Below, piece by piece: positions 12,168 to 25,055 of a DNA stretch of 64,000 nucleotides; position 1 is the stretch's first letter, and every line of letters begins with the position of its first letter. The DNA lies in NCBI GenBank assembly GCA_038087875.1, contig JAXLNO010002127.1, positions 310,001-374,000 on the forward strand. The letters run 5' to 3'. The DNA is from Malacoraja senta. Its lineage: Eukaryota. The position numbers and the translations under genes were made by a program. Under the pieces are notes generated by a model, which had not been told where the DNA came from, did not search any database, and saw only the letters and a list, made by a program, of their open reading frames with translations.

Positions 12168-12486
12168 GGGGAGGCACAGTGCCGCAGCGGTAGTGTTGCT
12201 GCCTTACATCCCCAGAGACCCAGATTCGATCCTGACTAGGGGTGCTTGTCTGTACAGAGTTTGTACGTTCTCCCCGTGACCTGCGTGGGTTTTCTCCGAG
12301 ATCTTCAGTTCCCCCCCACACTCCAAATACGTACAGGTTTGTAGGTTAATTGGCTTGGTATAAATGTAAAATTGCCCCCAGTGTGTGTAGGATAGTGTTA
12401 ATGTGCGGGGATCGCTGGTCGGTGCGGTCCCGGTGGGCCGAAGGGCCTGTTTCCGCGCTGTATCTCTAAACTAAACTAAACTAAAC
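12168..12486 (+). mobile_element. Full-length HE1-type V-SINE
   Basis: tRNA-like head with B box (gattcgatcc), V-domain gagtttgtacgttctccccgtgacctgcgtgggtttt, CR1-type tail gggccgaagggcctgtttcc...(ctaaa)n. Confidence 0.88.
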
Positions 12487-12748
12487 GGGGTGAGGACAAA
12501 GCCTGGTGAGTGATAGGTGGAAACGTAGCAATAATGAACTGCAGATGCTTGTTTACAAAAAAAATGACAGAAAGTACTGGAGTAACAGCAGGTCAGGCAG
12601 CATCTCTGGAGAACATGAATAGGTGATGTTTCGGGTCGAGACCCCTCTTCAGATAGCATGTCTCCATTGATAATTACATGCTAAAAATAATTACCTTCCT
12701 TCTTTTCTGTTCCGTGTTGTGTGACTGTGACATTTTGTTTTCCTGAAG

Positions 12749-12820
12749 TGCCTTCAAGGCTTGCCATCCAAAGATAAAGAGCTTCTACTTTGCCACCGAC
12801 TGTTTGGAGGAAATGAACAG
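12749..12820 (+). CDS. CNKSR2: CNKSR2-like PH-domain exon (Y)AFKACHPKIKSFYFATDCLEEMN(R)
   Basis: ttttcctgaag|TGCC...AACAG|gtaaaa. 72 nt, phase 2/2. Matches AFKACHPKIKSFYFA. Confidence 0.93.
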
Positions 12821-13616
12821 GTAAAAAGAGTTCCATTCTGACAGACATTATTCAAGCATTTGAACAGTAGCTTTAGGCTCAAGCGGCAATGAGTTTTATT
12901 TGACCACTTTATGCATGCTTCAATGGCACCTAAATGATAGATTATGCAGAGTAATCGGCAGTCACATTGTGATCACAATCACAGATTGAATCAGTGAAAT
13001 TGCAAAGTGCTTCCATTAACACAGTCTGATTACGCTAAATGTTTTAAAACAAGACGTGTGCGTTGCTGCTGGTCTTCTCCGCGAGAGGAAGTTGGTGAGA
13101 TAATCATCGTTGTTCAACGTAGACATTGAAATCCATTTGCAAAGAGCTTGCTGTGACCTCGCAGTTCATTTAATGTGAATGTGAATGTGAATGTGAATGC
13201 CTTGGTTGTTTACCTGCAGATGTGGAGAGTGTTTATTTCAGCGCCTTAAATGTTTCATCTTGAACTACATCTCTGAGCACGACTGCAGTCACTTCTCTCT
13301 ATCTGGGCACTTTGTTGTCAGTGTATAGAAATGTTGTGCGTACAGAATATGTGTATATGTGAAAATGGCTGTGTAGTCAACGAGAAAAGGCAAAGTTCAA
13401 GTTCAAGTTCACATTTATTGTCCCAAGCACCAGTTGGTACAGTGGGATTTGAGTTACCATACAGCCATACGAATAAAAAGAACACAACACACGATAGAGT
13501 TTAACATCAACATCCACCACAGTGGAATCAACGTTCCTCACTGTGATGGAAGGCAATAAAGTTCAGTCATCTTCCTCCTTTTGTCATCAAAGTATGTTTT
13601 AAACAGCCTGATATTA

Positions 13617-13825
13617 AAGGGTCTCGGCCTGAAATGTCATCTATTCCTTCGAAGGGTCTCGGCCTGAAATGTCATCTATTCCTTCGAAGGTTCTCGACTG
13701 GAATTGTCACCTATTCCTTCGAAGGGTCTCGACCCGAAACGTCACCTATTCCTTCGAAGGGTCTCGACCGGAAATGTCACCTATTCCTTGAAGGGTCTCG
13801 ACCCGAAACGTCACGTATTCCTTCA
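13617..13825 (+). repeat. Tandem array of a 35-bp unit (6 copies) covering the stem II-GAAA-cleavage-site part of the hammerhead motif
   Basis: aagggtctcgacccgaaacgtcacctattccttcg-like units start at 13617, 13652, 13687, 13722, 13757 and 13791. Confidence 0.88.
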
Positions 13826-13967
13826 CTCCATAGATGCTGCCTCACCCGCTGAGTTTCTCCAGCATTTTTGTCTATCTCTGATATATAAACTGATCATTGC
13901 TGCCAAAACATGGCGACACTTGTGTAGTGCCTTCGTGAGGTCGGCCGCACAATACAAAACACCGCAT

Positions 13968-14045
13968 TACACTGTATCTGTGCACTGTATCTGTACACTG
14001 TACCTGTACACTGTATCTGTACACTGTATCTGTACACTGTATCTA
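13968..14045. repeat. Minisatellite (tacactgtatctg-like unit)
   Basis: Direct inspection. Confidence 0.8.
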
Positions 14046-14096
14046 GGTTCATATGATAAAAAAGCATCATTGAATCATGATAGTTTAACATCACGT

Positions 14097-14395
14097 TAGT
14101 TTTTAGTTTGCTTTAGAGATAGAGCATTGAAACAGGGTTTTCGGCCCACTGAGTTGACACGAATCGTCAATCACTCGCTCGCACTCGTTCTATGTTAACC
14201 CACTTTCTAATACACTCACTACACACTAATTTACAGTGGCCAATTAACCGAGAGAGACCGCATGTCCCTGTGTGGATGTGAGCGGAAGCCCACGTGCTCA
14301 CATTGAGAACGTGCAAACTCTACGCAGGCAGCACCAAAGGTCAGGGTCGAACCTGGGTCTCCGGCGCTGTGAGTCAGCTGCTCTACTGTGCCTCA
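14097..14395 (-). mobile_element. HE1-type V-SINE
   Basis: Reverse-complement match with head, V-domain remnant and tail. Confidence 0.75.
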
Positions 14396-15478
14396 CCTTC
14401 AAGGACAATTTTCTTTGACTGGCGTGGAGGGGGCATCTTGGACAGCGTGGGCGAGTTGGGCTGAAGGGCCTGTTTCCGTGCGGCGTGACTGTGCGGCTGG
14501 TTCTCTGGCTCACCTCCAACAAAGCACAGAGGGCGCCTGATGAATGATTTGTCGAACTGGACTTTGATGTCGACCAGATATTGCACCGCTCACTTCCAGA
14601 CACCCAGCACCTGCTGAAACAAGAAAGAGACCGGTTACACCAATGCGGCGTCTCATCATCTCCTTCCTTTCTACATCCCAATGGACCGGCTCTCTTGTCC
14701 TGTATCTGTATACTGTGGACAGTTCCCATTGGAATCATGGATTGTGTTTCTGCTGACTGGTTAGCACGCGACAAAAACCTTTCACCGTACCTCGGTACAC
14801 GTGACAATAACCTAGTCTGAAGAAGGGTTTTGGCCCGAAACGTTGCCTATTTCCTTCGCTCCATAGATGCTGCTGCACCTGCTGAGTTTCTCCAGCATTT
14901 TTGTGTACCTAAACTACTAAGTTGCCTCAGTTACTTGTGACCTGCTAGGAGAGGTTGACACCAATCGTGGCGACAGGTTCTGAGCCCCCATCACCACTCT
15001 CTGTGTTAAAGATTTGCCCCACACATCTCATTTAAACTTTGAGTTTGAGTTGAGTTTAGTTTATTGTCACGTGTAACGAGGTACAGTGAAAAGCGTTTGT
15101 TGCGTGCTACCCAGTCAGTGGAAAGGGCCTCTCTCACCTGTAAGCTATGCCCTCTACTCTTTGGCATTTCCACCCTGGGGAAAAAGGTTCTGACTATCTA
15201 CCTTACCGACACCTCTCTGCATTTTATATACCTACTGTATCAAGTGCCACCTCAATCTCCAATGATCTGGAGAAAATAATCCAAGTTTGTCCAACCTCCT
15301 CTCCAGCTAAGCCCCTCTAGTCCAGGCATCACTCTGGTAAACCCCTTCTCCTCTCCAAAGCCTCCATCCGCATCCTTCATGTAAAGGGGAGACCAGAACT
15401 GCACACCACACTCCACATATGGGCTCAACCAAGTTTCATAACACTGCAACATGACTTCCTGGTTTTAATTTTAGATCA

Positions 15479-16155
15479 GACAATAGACAATAGGAGCAGG
15501 AGTAGGCCATCCGGCCGTTCGAGCCAGCACCACCATTCAATGTGATCATCCCCAATCAGTACCCTGTTCCTGCCTTCTCCCCATGTCCCCTGACTCCGCT
15601 ATCTTTAAGAGCTCTATCTAACTCTCTCTTGAAAGCATCCAGAGAATTGGCCTCCACTGCCCTCTGAGGCAGAGAATTCCACAGATTCCCAACTCTCTGG
15701 ATGAAAAGGTTTTTCCTCATCTCCGTTCTAAATGGCCTACCCCTTATTCTTAAACTGTGGCCCCTGGTTCTGGACTCCCCCAACATTGGGGACATGTTTC
15801 CTGCCTCCAGCGCGTCCAATCCCTTAATAATCTTATATGTTTCAATAAAATCCCCTCCCATCCTTCTAAATTCCAGTGTATACGAGCCCAGTCACTCCAT
15901 TCTATCAACATATGACAGTCCCACCATCCCGGGAATTAACCTTGTGAACCCACACTGCACTCCCTCAATAGCAAGAATGTCCTTCCTCAAATTTGGAGAC
16001 CAAAACTGCACGCAATACTCCAGGTGTGGTCTCACTAGAGCCCTGTGCAACAGCAGGAGGACCTCTTTGCTCCTATACTCAACTCCTCTTGTTATGAAGG
16101 CCAACATGCCATTAGCTTTCTTCACTGCCTGCTGTACCCGCATGCTTACTTTCAG
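15479..16155 (-). mobile_element. CR1 LINE 3' fragment
   Basis: VQQAVKKANGMLAFITRGVEYRSK...WNSLPQRAVEA. Same subfamily as 4684-5620. Confidence 0.92.
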
Positions 16156-16904
16156 TATTAAATAAAGTATTATTTCATGGAGAGAGAAAACAGTTCTAAT
16201 CTGTGCTGCATTGACTAATCTGTGAACAGGTTGCCTATGTATATATTTCTTTAACAGACTTTAATGTTTACAAGCGATACCATACATAATTAATACACAA
16301 TACATACACAATACATACATAATTAAATATGAAGCATTTTAACAAGTTAATTCCGTTTAACTGAGCTGTAATTTTACCTAATGAAAATGCACTTTATACC
16401 AAAAGTTAGTCTGAAAGCAAAATGTTTGACAGGACCATAAGAATAATCTGCTCTGCATTGAATTATAAAATTACAGAAGGCAGCCATTTGGTCAATAATG
16501 CATGCTCTTTGTCAGGGGCATTAATTAGTTCCACTTATACTTTTTTCCTTTCAAATATTCATCCAAATTTGTTTTGAATGAGCCCAGTGAATCCGTTTCC
16601 ATCACTCGCCCAGACAGCGCATCCCAGATCACAGGAACTTTTATTTTTGTACGGTTCTCTCATGTTGCCTCCGGTTTGGTTTCCAATTCCTCTTCTCTCT
16701 GATCTCCGCTTTTCAATCCTTCTGCCGCAGGAAACAGGCACCCACCCACACTGTCACAACAGAAATTGTTTTATACACAGCAATGATACATCAAATGAGA
16801 AGCATAGAATCTAAGAAGGATGCGAGAGAAAGCCATTTGGCCCATCATGTCAATGCCAGCCCTATAATGGAGTAATCCAATTAACCATTCTTTCCCCATA
16901 ACAT

Positions 16905-17168
16905 TTAGTTTTAGACTTTACTTCAGAGATACAGCGTGGAAAGAGGCCCTTCGGTCCACCGATTCTGTGCCGACCAGCACTCACCCTGTACACTCACACG
17001 ACCCTACACATTGGGGACAATTTACAATTTTTATCAAAGCCAATTACCCTACAAATATGTACGTCTTTGGAAGGTGAGAGGAAAGCGGAGCACCCGGAGA
17101 AAACCCACGTGGTCACAGGGAGAACGTGCAAACTCCATGCAGACAGCACCCGTAGTCAGGATCGTACC
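16905..17168 (-). mobile_element. HE1-type V-SINE (5'-truncated)
   Basis: Reverse-complement match. Confidence 0.78.
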
Positions 17169-17627
17169 CAGTGTCCCGTGCCACTGACCAGGAATTTCCC
17201 AGCTGACGGCGTTCATCATTCATGTCAGTAAGTTCAGATAACCAACCTTTCCAGTTTGTGTTTCCAGCCAAGGGGCAACACAAGGAGAAGGAGTGGTGAA
17301 GCAGGTGTAGGTTAGCTTGCCTTTGTCACTAGGGCCATTGAATACAAGAGTCACGCCGTCATGTTGCAGCTTTATAAAACCACATTGGTTCAACCACATT
17401 GGGAGTATTGTTTGCAGTTCTAGTGGCCCTATTATGGGAAGAATGTAGAGGCTTGGGAAAGGCAGAAGAGATTCATCACAAGAGCTGGCTGGATTACGGG
17501 ATATTAGCTACCGGGAGTTTGGACAAACTCGGATTGTTTCCTGTGGAGAGTTGGAGGTTGATGGGGGATATGAAATTATGAGAGGCATCAATAGGGTCGG
17601 ACAGACTGAATCTTTATCCCAGGATAA

Positions 17628-18025
17628 AGTCAAAGACAATTTTATTCGTCACATACTCCCGATGGTGCAGTGAAATGAATTTGCCAGCAGAGGCACAATT
17701 AAAAAAGAACACACAATACACAATAGGATTTAACACAAACATCCACCACAGCATTCTTCACCATGGTGGAAGGCACAAAGTTCAGTCAGTCCTCTTCCTT
17801 GTTCACCCGTGGTCGGGGCCATAAACCCTCCATAGTATGGATGGCCCGATGTACAGGCCCTCTCGTCGAGACGGTCGAACACACTCCGCGGCTTGGAGTA
17901 TGTTCCCGAATCGGCACTTTCTTACTGGAGACCGTGGGCGGCTTCAGGATGTTATAGGCCGCAGGCCGGCGGTCGGAGTTCTTCTCTGGCTATTCCCGGC
18001 GGGGGATCCCACGCTCCGGATGGAA
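17628..18025 (-). mobile_element. Non-coding GC-rich retroelement with Rex/Babar-type tail
   Basis: Shares the tail and the gaaggcacaaagt.cagtc block with 25056-25865 and 13395-13585. Confidence 0.6.
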
Positions 18026-19449
18026 ATGTCAAAGACTAGATGGAACAGCTTTAAGATGAGAGGGGCGAAGTTAAAGGGGGTGTGCGGGGGAAGTTATTTT
18101 ACACAGAGGGTGGTGAGTGTCTGGAACGCGCTGCCGAGGATGGTGGTGGAGGAAGAAATAATAGCGTGTTTAAGATTCAATGATTAGAGAAGTTCCAATC
18201 TGTGATGGAGATGGTGGCGGTGATATTATGTGAAGTAGGAAAGGTTTGGACAGGTCAGGTTTAGAGGGATATAGGCCAAATGCAGGCAGGTGGGACTAGT
18301 GTAGGTGGGACATGTTGGTCAGTGTGGGCAAGTTGGGCCGAAGAGCCTGTTTCCACGCTGTATGACAATGAAATGCTGAAATCTATAGTGGCCAATTATA
18401 AGGCTGGTGGTCTGTCTTCGATTTACAATTATACCAAGCCAAGTAACCTACAAACCTTTGTCTTTGGAGTGTGGGAAGAAACCAGAGCACCCGGAGAAAA
18501 CCCTCGAAGGAAAATTGTACAAACTCCATACAGACAGCACCCGCAGTCAAGATCGAGCCTGTCTCTGCTGCTGTAAGGCAGCAATACTGTGAATCAGACA
18601 TGGTTCGCCAAGTAGATATCATCAGCCATCAGTCAGATCCAATTTGAGGACATGGTTGTATTGCAATGTGCATGGTATGCATGAACTCCATCCGCATGTG
18701 AATGAGGATCCTGGAGAGAGTTGCGGAGGTGACGGCTGCAACACTGGCAGTGGCCAAGGGTGGCCCGTGACGAACGTCCAAGGAAGGTCAGCGAGTGGGG
18801 TGGTGAGACGGGGTACTGGAGGGCAGTGAGGTGGGGCACCCCAAATTGTTACTGTAAGGAGACAACATTTTGAAGCTGTGTACCTAGCCAAGTGGGAGAA
18901 GCTCGAAGAGTACCAAGGCATTACGAAAGGATTTGAAAGAACACCGAAGAAATGGGGTGAGAGCAGAAAAGGAAAAAGGAAAGAAAGAACTGAGCGTAAG
19001 ACTTCATGTAGAAACAAGGAACTGCAGAAATAGACTCAAAGTCGCTGGAGCTGCAGATGCTGGAGACTACAAGGAACTGCAGATGCTGGTTTACAAAAAA
19101 AAGGATTCAAAGTGCTGGAATAACTGAGGGGGTCTGGCAGCATCTCTGGGGAGCATGAATTCTTCAGTCCAAAGAAGGGTCCTGACCTGAAACGTCACCT
19201 CTCCATGTTCTCCAGAGATGCTGCCTGACCCGCTGAGTTACTCCAGTACGTCCTATTTGATTAAGAGACTGTCTTGGTAAAGAATCACAATGAGCAGTTT
19301 CTGAAACACATCTCAGTAATGCTAATCTAGCAGCTCCTGTCTGAGTGTATCTACTGCTTTATCTAAAGTTACTGGAGAACTTCAGAAATCGAAAATGATA
19401 AAGATCTGAAAACACATGTAGAAGGCTGTGCAAAGGCAAGAGGTCGTCA

Positions 19450-19778
19450 TGGGCCTGTCCCACTTGGAGATTTTTTTAGGCAATTGGCAGCGACTGTCAT
19501 AGTCGTAGCAGGTCGCCGAAAAACCGGCGGCAACTGACGTCATCCTGGCGACAACCTACGACAGCACCCACGTCAGGAGAAGTCAAGCTACGCTCATTGG
19601 CGTCAAACCCACTGTCGCCGAAAATCTTTCAACATGTTGAAAATTTAGCGGCGACCGGAAAGACGCGACGACGTTTTGCGCGACTGAGGAGACGACTCCC
19701 GGCGACCACCGGCGAACATGTGGCGACAAACTAGTCGCCTGTAGCTGCCTAAAAAATCGCCTAAGTGGGACAGGCCCA
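19450..19778. mobile_element. PIF/Harbinger-like MITE
   Basis: TIR tgggcctgtcccactt...aagtgggacaggccca, flanks TCA/TTA. Related to 32650-32980. Confidence 0.8.
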
Positions 19779-20589
19779 TTATTCCGCTGGTGGACTGTGG
19801 GTGCATGTTTTATTAATGCATGCTGGTGCATCACACAAAGTGCCATGTAGACTATTCTAGAATGTATCAATAAGTTGCCAGTGCCACTGAGAGTCGGGGG
19901 AGGGTGAGCAGGACTGGAAAGGGTGGATTTAAACATGCGCTTCCTGGCTTGACATCTATCTGTGGAGGCAATGATTAGGACAAGATATTATCTCAAGCAT
20001 ATTTGGGGGTATTTTTAGAAATGTGACAAAGAGTCATTTTTGCATATTCTCTGATTGCCACTCATGTGTAGCAGCAGAATGAATCATCCGAGTCAGGTTA
20101 GAACAGAAGATGACTGCTAATGATAGCAGCAGCTGGAAGGTTTCTGCCCAATGTTTCTCTTCACTATTTTAAGGCAAAGGTTCAACTCCTATTTAAAATG
20201 AGCTTGTAAATTTATTTACAATTTTACAAGTCTATAAAATGGCAGGCAAATAAATTGTGACATAGAGCTAATTAATATTCATACATTATTGAATAAGCAG
20301 AGGTCACCCAGACTGAAGTCCCGTCACCCCTTTGGTCCACATGGAAAACAACTCCTAGCATCCATCCAGCCAACTGAGACAAAAGCACACTGGATAGCCA
20401 CCAAGTGGTCACAGGAGTGGAAGGCAACCTCATAGAAACATAGAAACATAGAAAATAGGTGCAGGAGTAAGCCATTTGGCCCTTCGAGCCTGCACCGCCA
20501 TTCAATATGATCATTGCTGATCAACCAACTCAGTGTCCTGTACCTGCCTTCTCTCCATACCCCCTCATCCCTTTGGAGCCACATCTAAT

Positions 20590-20958
20590 GGCTCCAAAGA
20601 CGTGCAGGGCTCATCTCCATTACACAGCTACATCTCTTCACCAGATAAAAGTTGTCCAGGGTCTGACCTCCCCAGAGGAGCATGGGTGAAGCTCAACAGA
20701 CTTGGTACTGGAGTTGGGCGTTTCAATGCCAGCGTGTGGAGATGGGGGCTCCGCCAGAGCCCAGCCTGTGAATGTGGAGCAGAACAACAGACAGTCAACC
20801 ATGTCATCTCTGGGTGCCCGCTCTACCACCCACCAAATGGAGCTGTGTCAGGGCCTGGCAGACATTGACGCCAACAGAGACAACAACCTGGCTGCTCAAC
20901 ACCCGGCGCGAGATCTAACTATTCATTTGGTTTATGTTTCATTCGCAAGAAGAAGAAA
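20590..20958 (+). mobile_element. Vingi/Ingi-type LINE 3' fragment
   Basis: PGSDLPRGAWVKLNRLGTGVGRF...CECGAEQQTVNHVISGCP (CCHC) and a (gaa)n tail. An upstream piece RLKSRHPF...KWSQEW lies at about 20305-20428. Confidence 0.72.
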
Positions 20959-21116
20959 TAATTTGTAGATTAGTCCCCTTTTAGTTTGGGGTTGCCCTAC
21001 CGATAGCTAATGAGATGATTTAAATATGATCTAGTAATAGGAACAGGCCCTTTGGCCACCGTCTGCACTCATTTACAGTAACCCCCTTCATTTTCTCACA
21101 TTCTTATCAACTCCGT

Positions 21117-21515
21117 GGATTGTCACCTTGTCGTGGTGGAGAAGCTTGTGTGGTCCTGAGATCCTGAGAGCGATGCCGTCTGGAGCTATGCTCCTGGTAG
21201 GGCCACCCATGGCAGTAAGGTCGAGGGGGAGGTCTCTGACAAAGAGCAATCCAACCAAGACCTCAACGGTGGAACAGGCGGAGGACGATGGCTGACTTTA
21301 GTGGAACGTCACAACGGCTGGGAAGGCGGATGAAGGCTGCAGCAGAAAAGGGTCTCCCGTCGTCTTGGACTCCATGCCACTGGATCCTGACCCAGATCTG
21401 TCAAGGACCGTGGGGTGGCTGTCTGTGCACCAGTCTCCCCATGTTAAACAATGTCACGCACAGGCGTCCTCCATAGAGGGGACAGTCATACTCGTTTCGA
21501 GTGACCGCCAATGAC
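21117..21515 (+). mobile_element. Non-autonomous element beginning with an RTE-clade (Expander/BovB-like) 5' UTR
   Basis: caccttgtcgtggtggag...ctggtagggccacccatggc...ctgacaaagagcaatcc resembles RTE 5' ends as I recall them. No RT-like ORF. Confidence 0.6.
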
Positions 21516-21810
21516 CCAGATTTTATCATTTATCTTATCTATGCCCTTCATGATTTTATAAACCTCAGTCAGTCACCCCTCAGCCTTTTACGCTCCAGAG
21601 GCAAGGTTCTAGCCTATCCAGCCTCCTTATAACTCAAACCCTTCAGGCTCATAAATAGTTTTTGCACCCGTACCAGTTTATAGACATCCTTTCTATAGCA
21701 TGGGGACCAGAACTGTACAGTGTATTCCCTTTATCTTTGGTGTAAGCAGCATCTGCACTTCTCTCCTACACAGTGTTCCGAATGTTGTCTCCATCATTTA
21801 GTTTTTTTTG

Positions 21811-22080
21811 TTTAGTTTAGAGATAAAACATGGAAACAGGACACAGTACACGAGCACTATCCCACACACTAGGAACTATTTTGAATCTTTACCGAAGCCA
21901 ATTAATCTACAGACCTGCACGTCTCTGGAGTGTGGGAGTAAACCCGAGCACCCGGAGAAAGCCCATGCGATCACGGGGAGAACGTGCAAACTCCGTACAG
22001 ACAGCACTCGTGGTCAGAATCAAACCCGGGTCTCTGACGTGGTAATGCAGCAATTCTACCGCTGTGCCACCGTGCCGCCC
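21811..22080 (-). mobile_element. HE1-type V-SINE
   Basis: Reverse-complement match including the tRNA-like head. Confidence 0.82.
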
Positions 22081-22195
22081 TCCATCCTGCATCTATGTAG
22101 CTGTAACATAACATCCCAACCCCTGTACTCAATACCAATGAAGACAAGTATGTCAAATACCTTCTTTATCACTTTGTCTACTTGTGGGGTTTTAA

Positions 22196-22506
22196 TTTAG
22201 GTTAGTTTAGAGATACAGCGCGGAAACTGGCCTTTCAGCCCACCGAGTGCGTGCCAACCAGTGATCCCCGCACATAAACACTATCCCACACACATTAGAA
22301 ACAATCGACACATGCACCAAGCCAATTAACCTACAAACCTGTACGTCTTTGAAATGTGGGAGAAATCTGAAGATCCCGGAGAAAACCCACGCGGTCAGGG
22401 GGAGAACGTACAAACTCCGTACAGACAGCACCCGTAGTCAGGATCGAACCCGGATCTCCGACGCTGCAGGCGCTGTAAGGCAGCAACTCTACCGGTGTGC
22501 CACCAT
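22196..22506 (-). mobile_element. Full-length HE1-type V-SINE
   Basis: Near mirror image of 12168-12486. Confidence 0.86.
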
Positions 22507-23210
22507 CTTCATGGAATGATGTACTTGCATCCTAGCTCTCTCTGTTCTGCATCACTGCACAGGGCCCCATCACTTACTGTGTAAGTCCTGTCCTGGTTTG
22601 ATGTGTTCTATTGAGAGTTGATCCATATTAAAGTATTCAATAGTTTAAAAAACAAAAGTGCTGGAGTAACTCAGCGGGTCAGGCAGCATCTGTGGAGGGA
22701 ATGGACAGGCGATGTTTCGGGTGGGGACCCTTCTTCAGACAGATTATAGTGAAGCTGGAAGAGAGGTGGTGGTGGGACAAAGCCTGACAAGTGAAAGGTG
22801 GAGACACAGGGAAATGCAGATGCTGGTTTACAAAAAAAAGAGACAAAGTGCTGAGTAACTCAGCAGATCAAGCAACATCTCGAGAGAATATATGGATAGA
22901 AGGCATTTTGGGTCAGGACCAAGAGCACTGTTGAACTACTATCTACCTCATTAGTGACCCTAGATGGGGCTTTGCTGGCTTTACCTTGCACTAAACGTTA
23001 TTCCCTTATCATGTATTTGTACACTGTAAATGGGTCGATTGTAATCATGTATTGTCTTTCCACTGACTGGATAGCACACAACAAAAAGCGTTTCACTGTA
23101 CCTCGGTACACGTGACAATAAACTAAACTGAACTGAACCCTGAATAGATTGAGAAGTTTTTAAGAAGGAACTGCAGGTGCTGGAACAATTGAAGGTTGAC
23201 AAAAATGCTG

Positions 23211-23332
23211 GAGAAACTCAGCGGGTGAGGCAGCATCTATGGAGCGAAGGAATAGATCTGAAGAAGGGTCGAGACCTGAAACGTCACCTATTCCTTTGCT
23301 CCGTAGATGCTGCCTCACCCGCTGAGTTTCTC
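23211..23332 (+). ncRNA. Candidate type I hammerhead ribozyme with about 47-bp stem I (Penelope-derived)
   Basis: Arm 23211-23257, CTGAAGA 23258-23264, A-GGGTC-ga-GACCT, GAAA 23278-23281, CGTC, then arm 23286-23332 complementary to the first arm. Confidence 0.55.
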
Positions 23333-25055
23333 GTAACCGAATAGGTTGAGGTGAGGGTTTGGGGGGACGGGAGGGGGGGGGGGGGGTGATTGGAACAGAC
23401 AGTGAGGCCAGGAATGTAAAGGAGAGAAAAGAGTGATAATGAAATGTAAAGCCAGAGGGAGGGATGTATGTGGCAGGGGATGGGTGGGGTGGGGGCAGGA
23501 GAAACAGGTGCGATAGGGGGGAAGGAGGAACAGGAAAAAAAAGACAGGAAATATATCATCAAGATCTCGCCCATGTTGACAAATAACAAGCTAGTTTCTG
23601 TGAGTACATTTTACTTGGAACAGGGCCTTGTTGAGACAACCTTTTGATGTCGGCCTGACTGCCTTTGAAGCATTCACTCGTGAGTTGGCTGATGTTCTGT
23701 ATCCCAATGATCACATACTCTTGCTACAAAGAAATCTAATTTGCCACTGATGCATTAGTGTTACGTCTCTCCATCTGAAATGCCCTTGGCCCAGACGACA
23801 GCAATTGCTTAATGGCCACATTTATTTCCAGAGTAGTAAACAACAAATTAAATGTTGTAATATCCTCCAATTGAAAAGCAAACTGGCGAGAGATTAAAGG
23901 AAGGAGAATGTTAATGAATTCCACACTTGCAGGCAATAGTGTCGGGAGCTACAGTGATGATACTCCGATCTGTTGGTTACACAAGGCTTGTTTAAAATGG
24001 AGCCAATCATTTGTAGCATTGGCAACAAGTCCAAGCATCAATTAGAATGACTGTGGCAATCAACCTTTCCCCTGCCGAGATTTATTGCAGTCATTTTTTT
24101 CTGTTGCATATTTTATTTCTGTCGGTGTTATTTCTCTTTAAAAAAAAAGGCAGTTTAGTAGCACATCGTACAGAAGCTGTGCTGTTAAATGATCAGTTTC
24201 AATACATATATTTCATCGGACTTGCTGATTAAATGTGGAGGATGCAACTGCAGATGCTGGTTTATACCGTAGATAGACACAAAATGTTGGAATCTCAGTG
24301 GGTCAGGCAGCATCTGTGGAGAGCAGCATTCCTGTCAGGCTACGGCCAGCCAATGAATCGCACGTCAGTCTGTGTTTGGTCACTCTGCCGTGATGGTTTA
24401 GTAAGGTGCCAAATCGAACTTTTGCAGATTTACTCACTTTGTGAAAGTCACTTGTTGAAGAATTGAATGCATAACTGTTGCGTCCCTCTCAAAATGCTGG
24501 AAAGCAGGATATCCACATTGATGCTGGGATACATCCCGGCTTTAGGAATGATCTGCCACTATTTGTGGTGGAACCAACCTAGACCTTATCTTCTGCATTG
24601 AAACCGAGTTAGTTCAAAATCTAACTGTTTCAATACAGCAGATAAGGTCGAAGATAAGGGATCCTCAAGGGAAATGTGATTACAATTTTAGTTTAGGAAG
24701 GAACTGCGGATACTGGTTTGCACCAACGATAGACACAAAATGCTGGAGTAACTCAGCAGGACAGGCAGCATCTCTGGAGAGAAGGAATGGGTGACGTTTC
24801 AGGTCGAGGCCCTTCTTCAGAGTAGTTTGGGATAAAGGAAACAAGAGACATAGACAATGATGTAAAGAGATAAAGAACAATGGGTCGAGACACTGCGTCA
24901 CCCATTCCTTCTAAATGAGTTACTACAGCATTTTGTGTCTATCTTCGATGACAATTTTAGTTTAGTTTTAAAGATACAGGGCGGAAACAGGTACTTCAGC
25001 CCACCGAGTCTGCGCCGACCAGCGATCCCCGCACATTAACACTATCCTACACACA

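Noticed and set aside
12168-12240. tRNA gene
   Set aside because: It has A/B-box-like motifs but no complete cloverleaf, and continues into the V-domain and LINE tail. It is a SINE head, as are the other copies.
13617-13825. 35-bp repeats with a hairpin and GAAAC resembling CRISPR direct repeats
   Set aside because: No spacers and no cas genes. The sequence is a piece of the Penelope terminal repeat.
21180-21255. HDV-like ribozyme in the RTE-type leader
   Set aside because: I could not assign P1/P3/P1.1 pairings by eye. Left as an untested possibility only.
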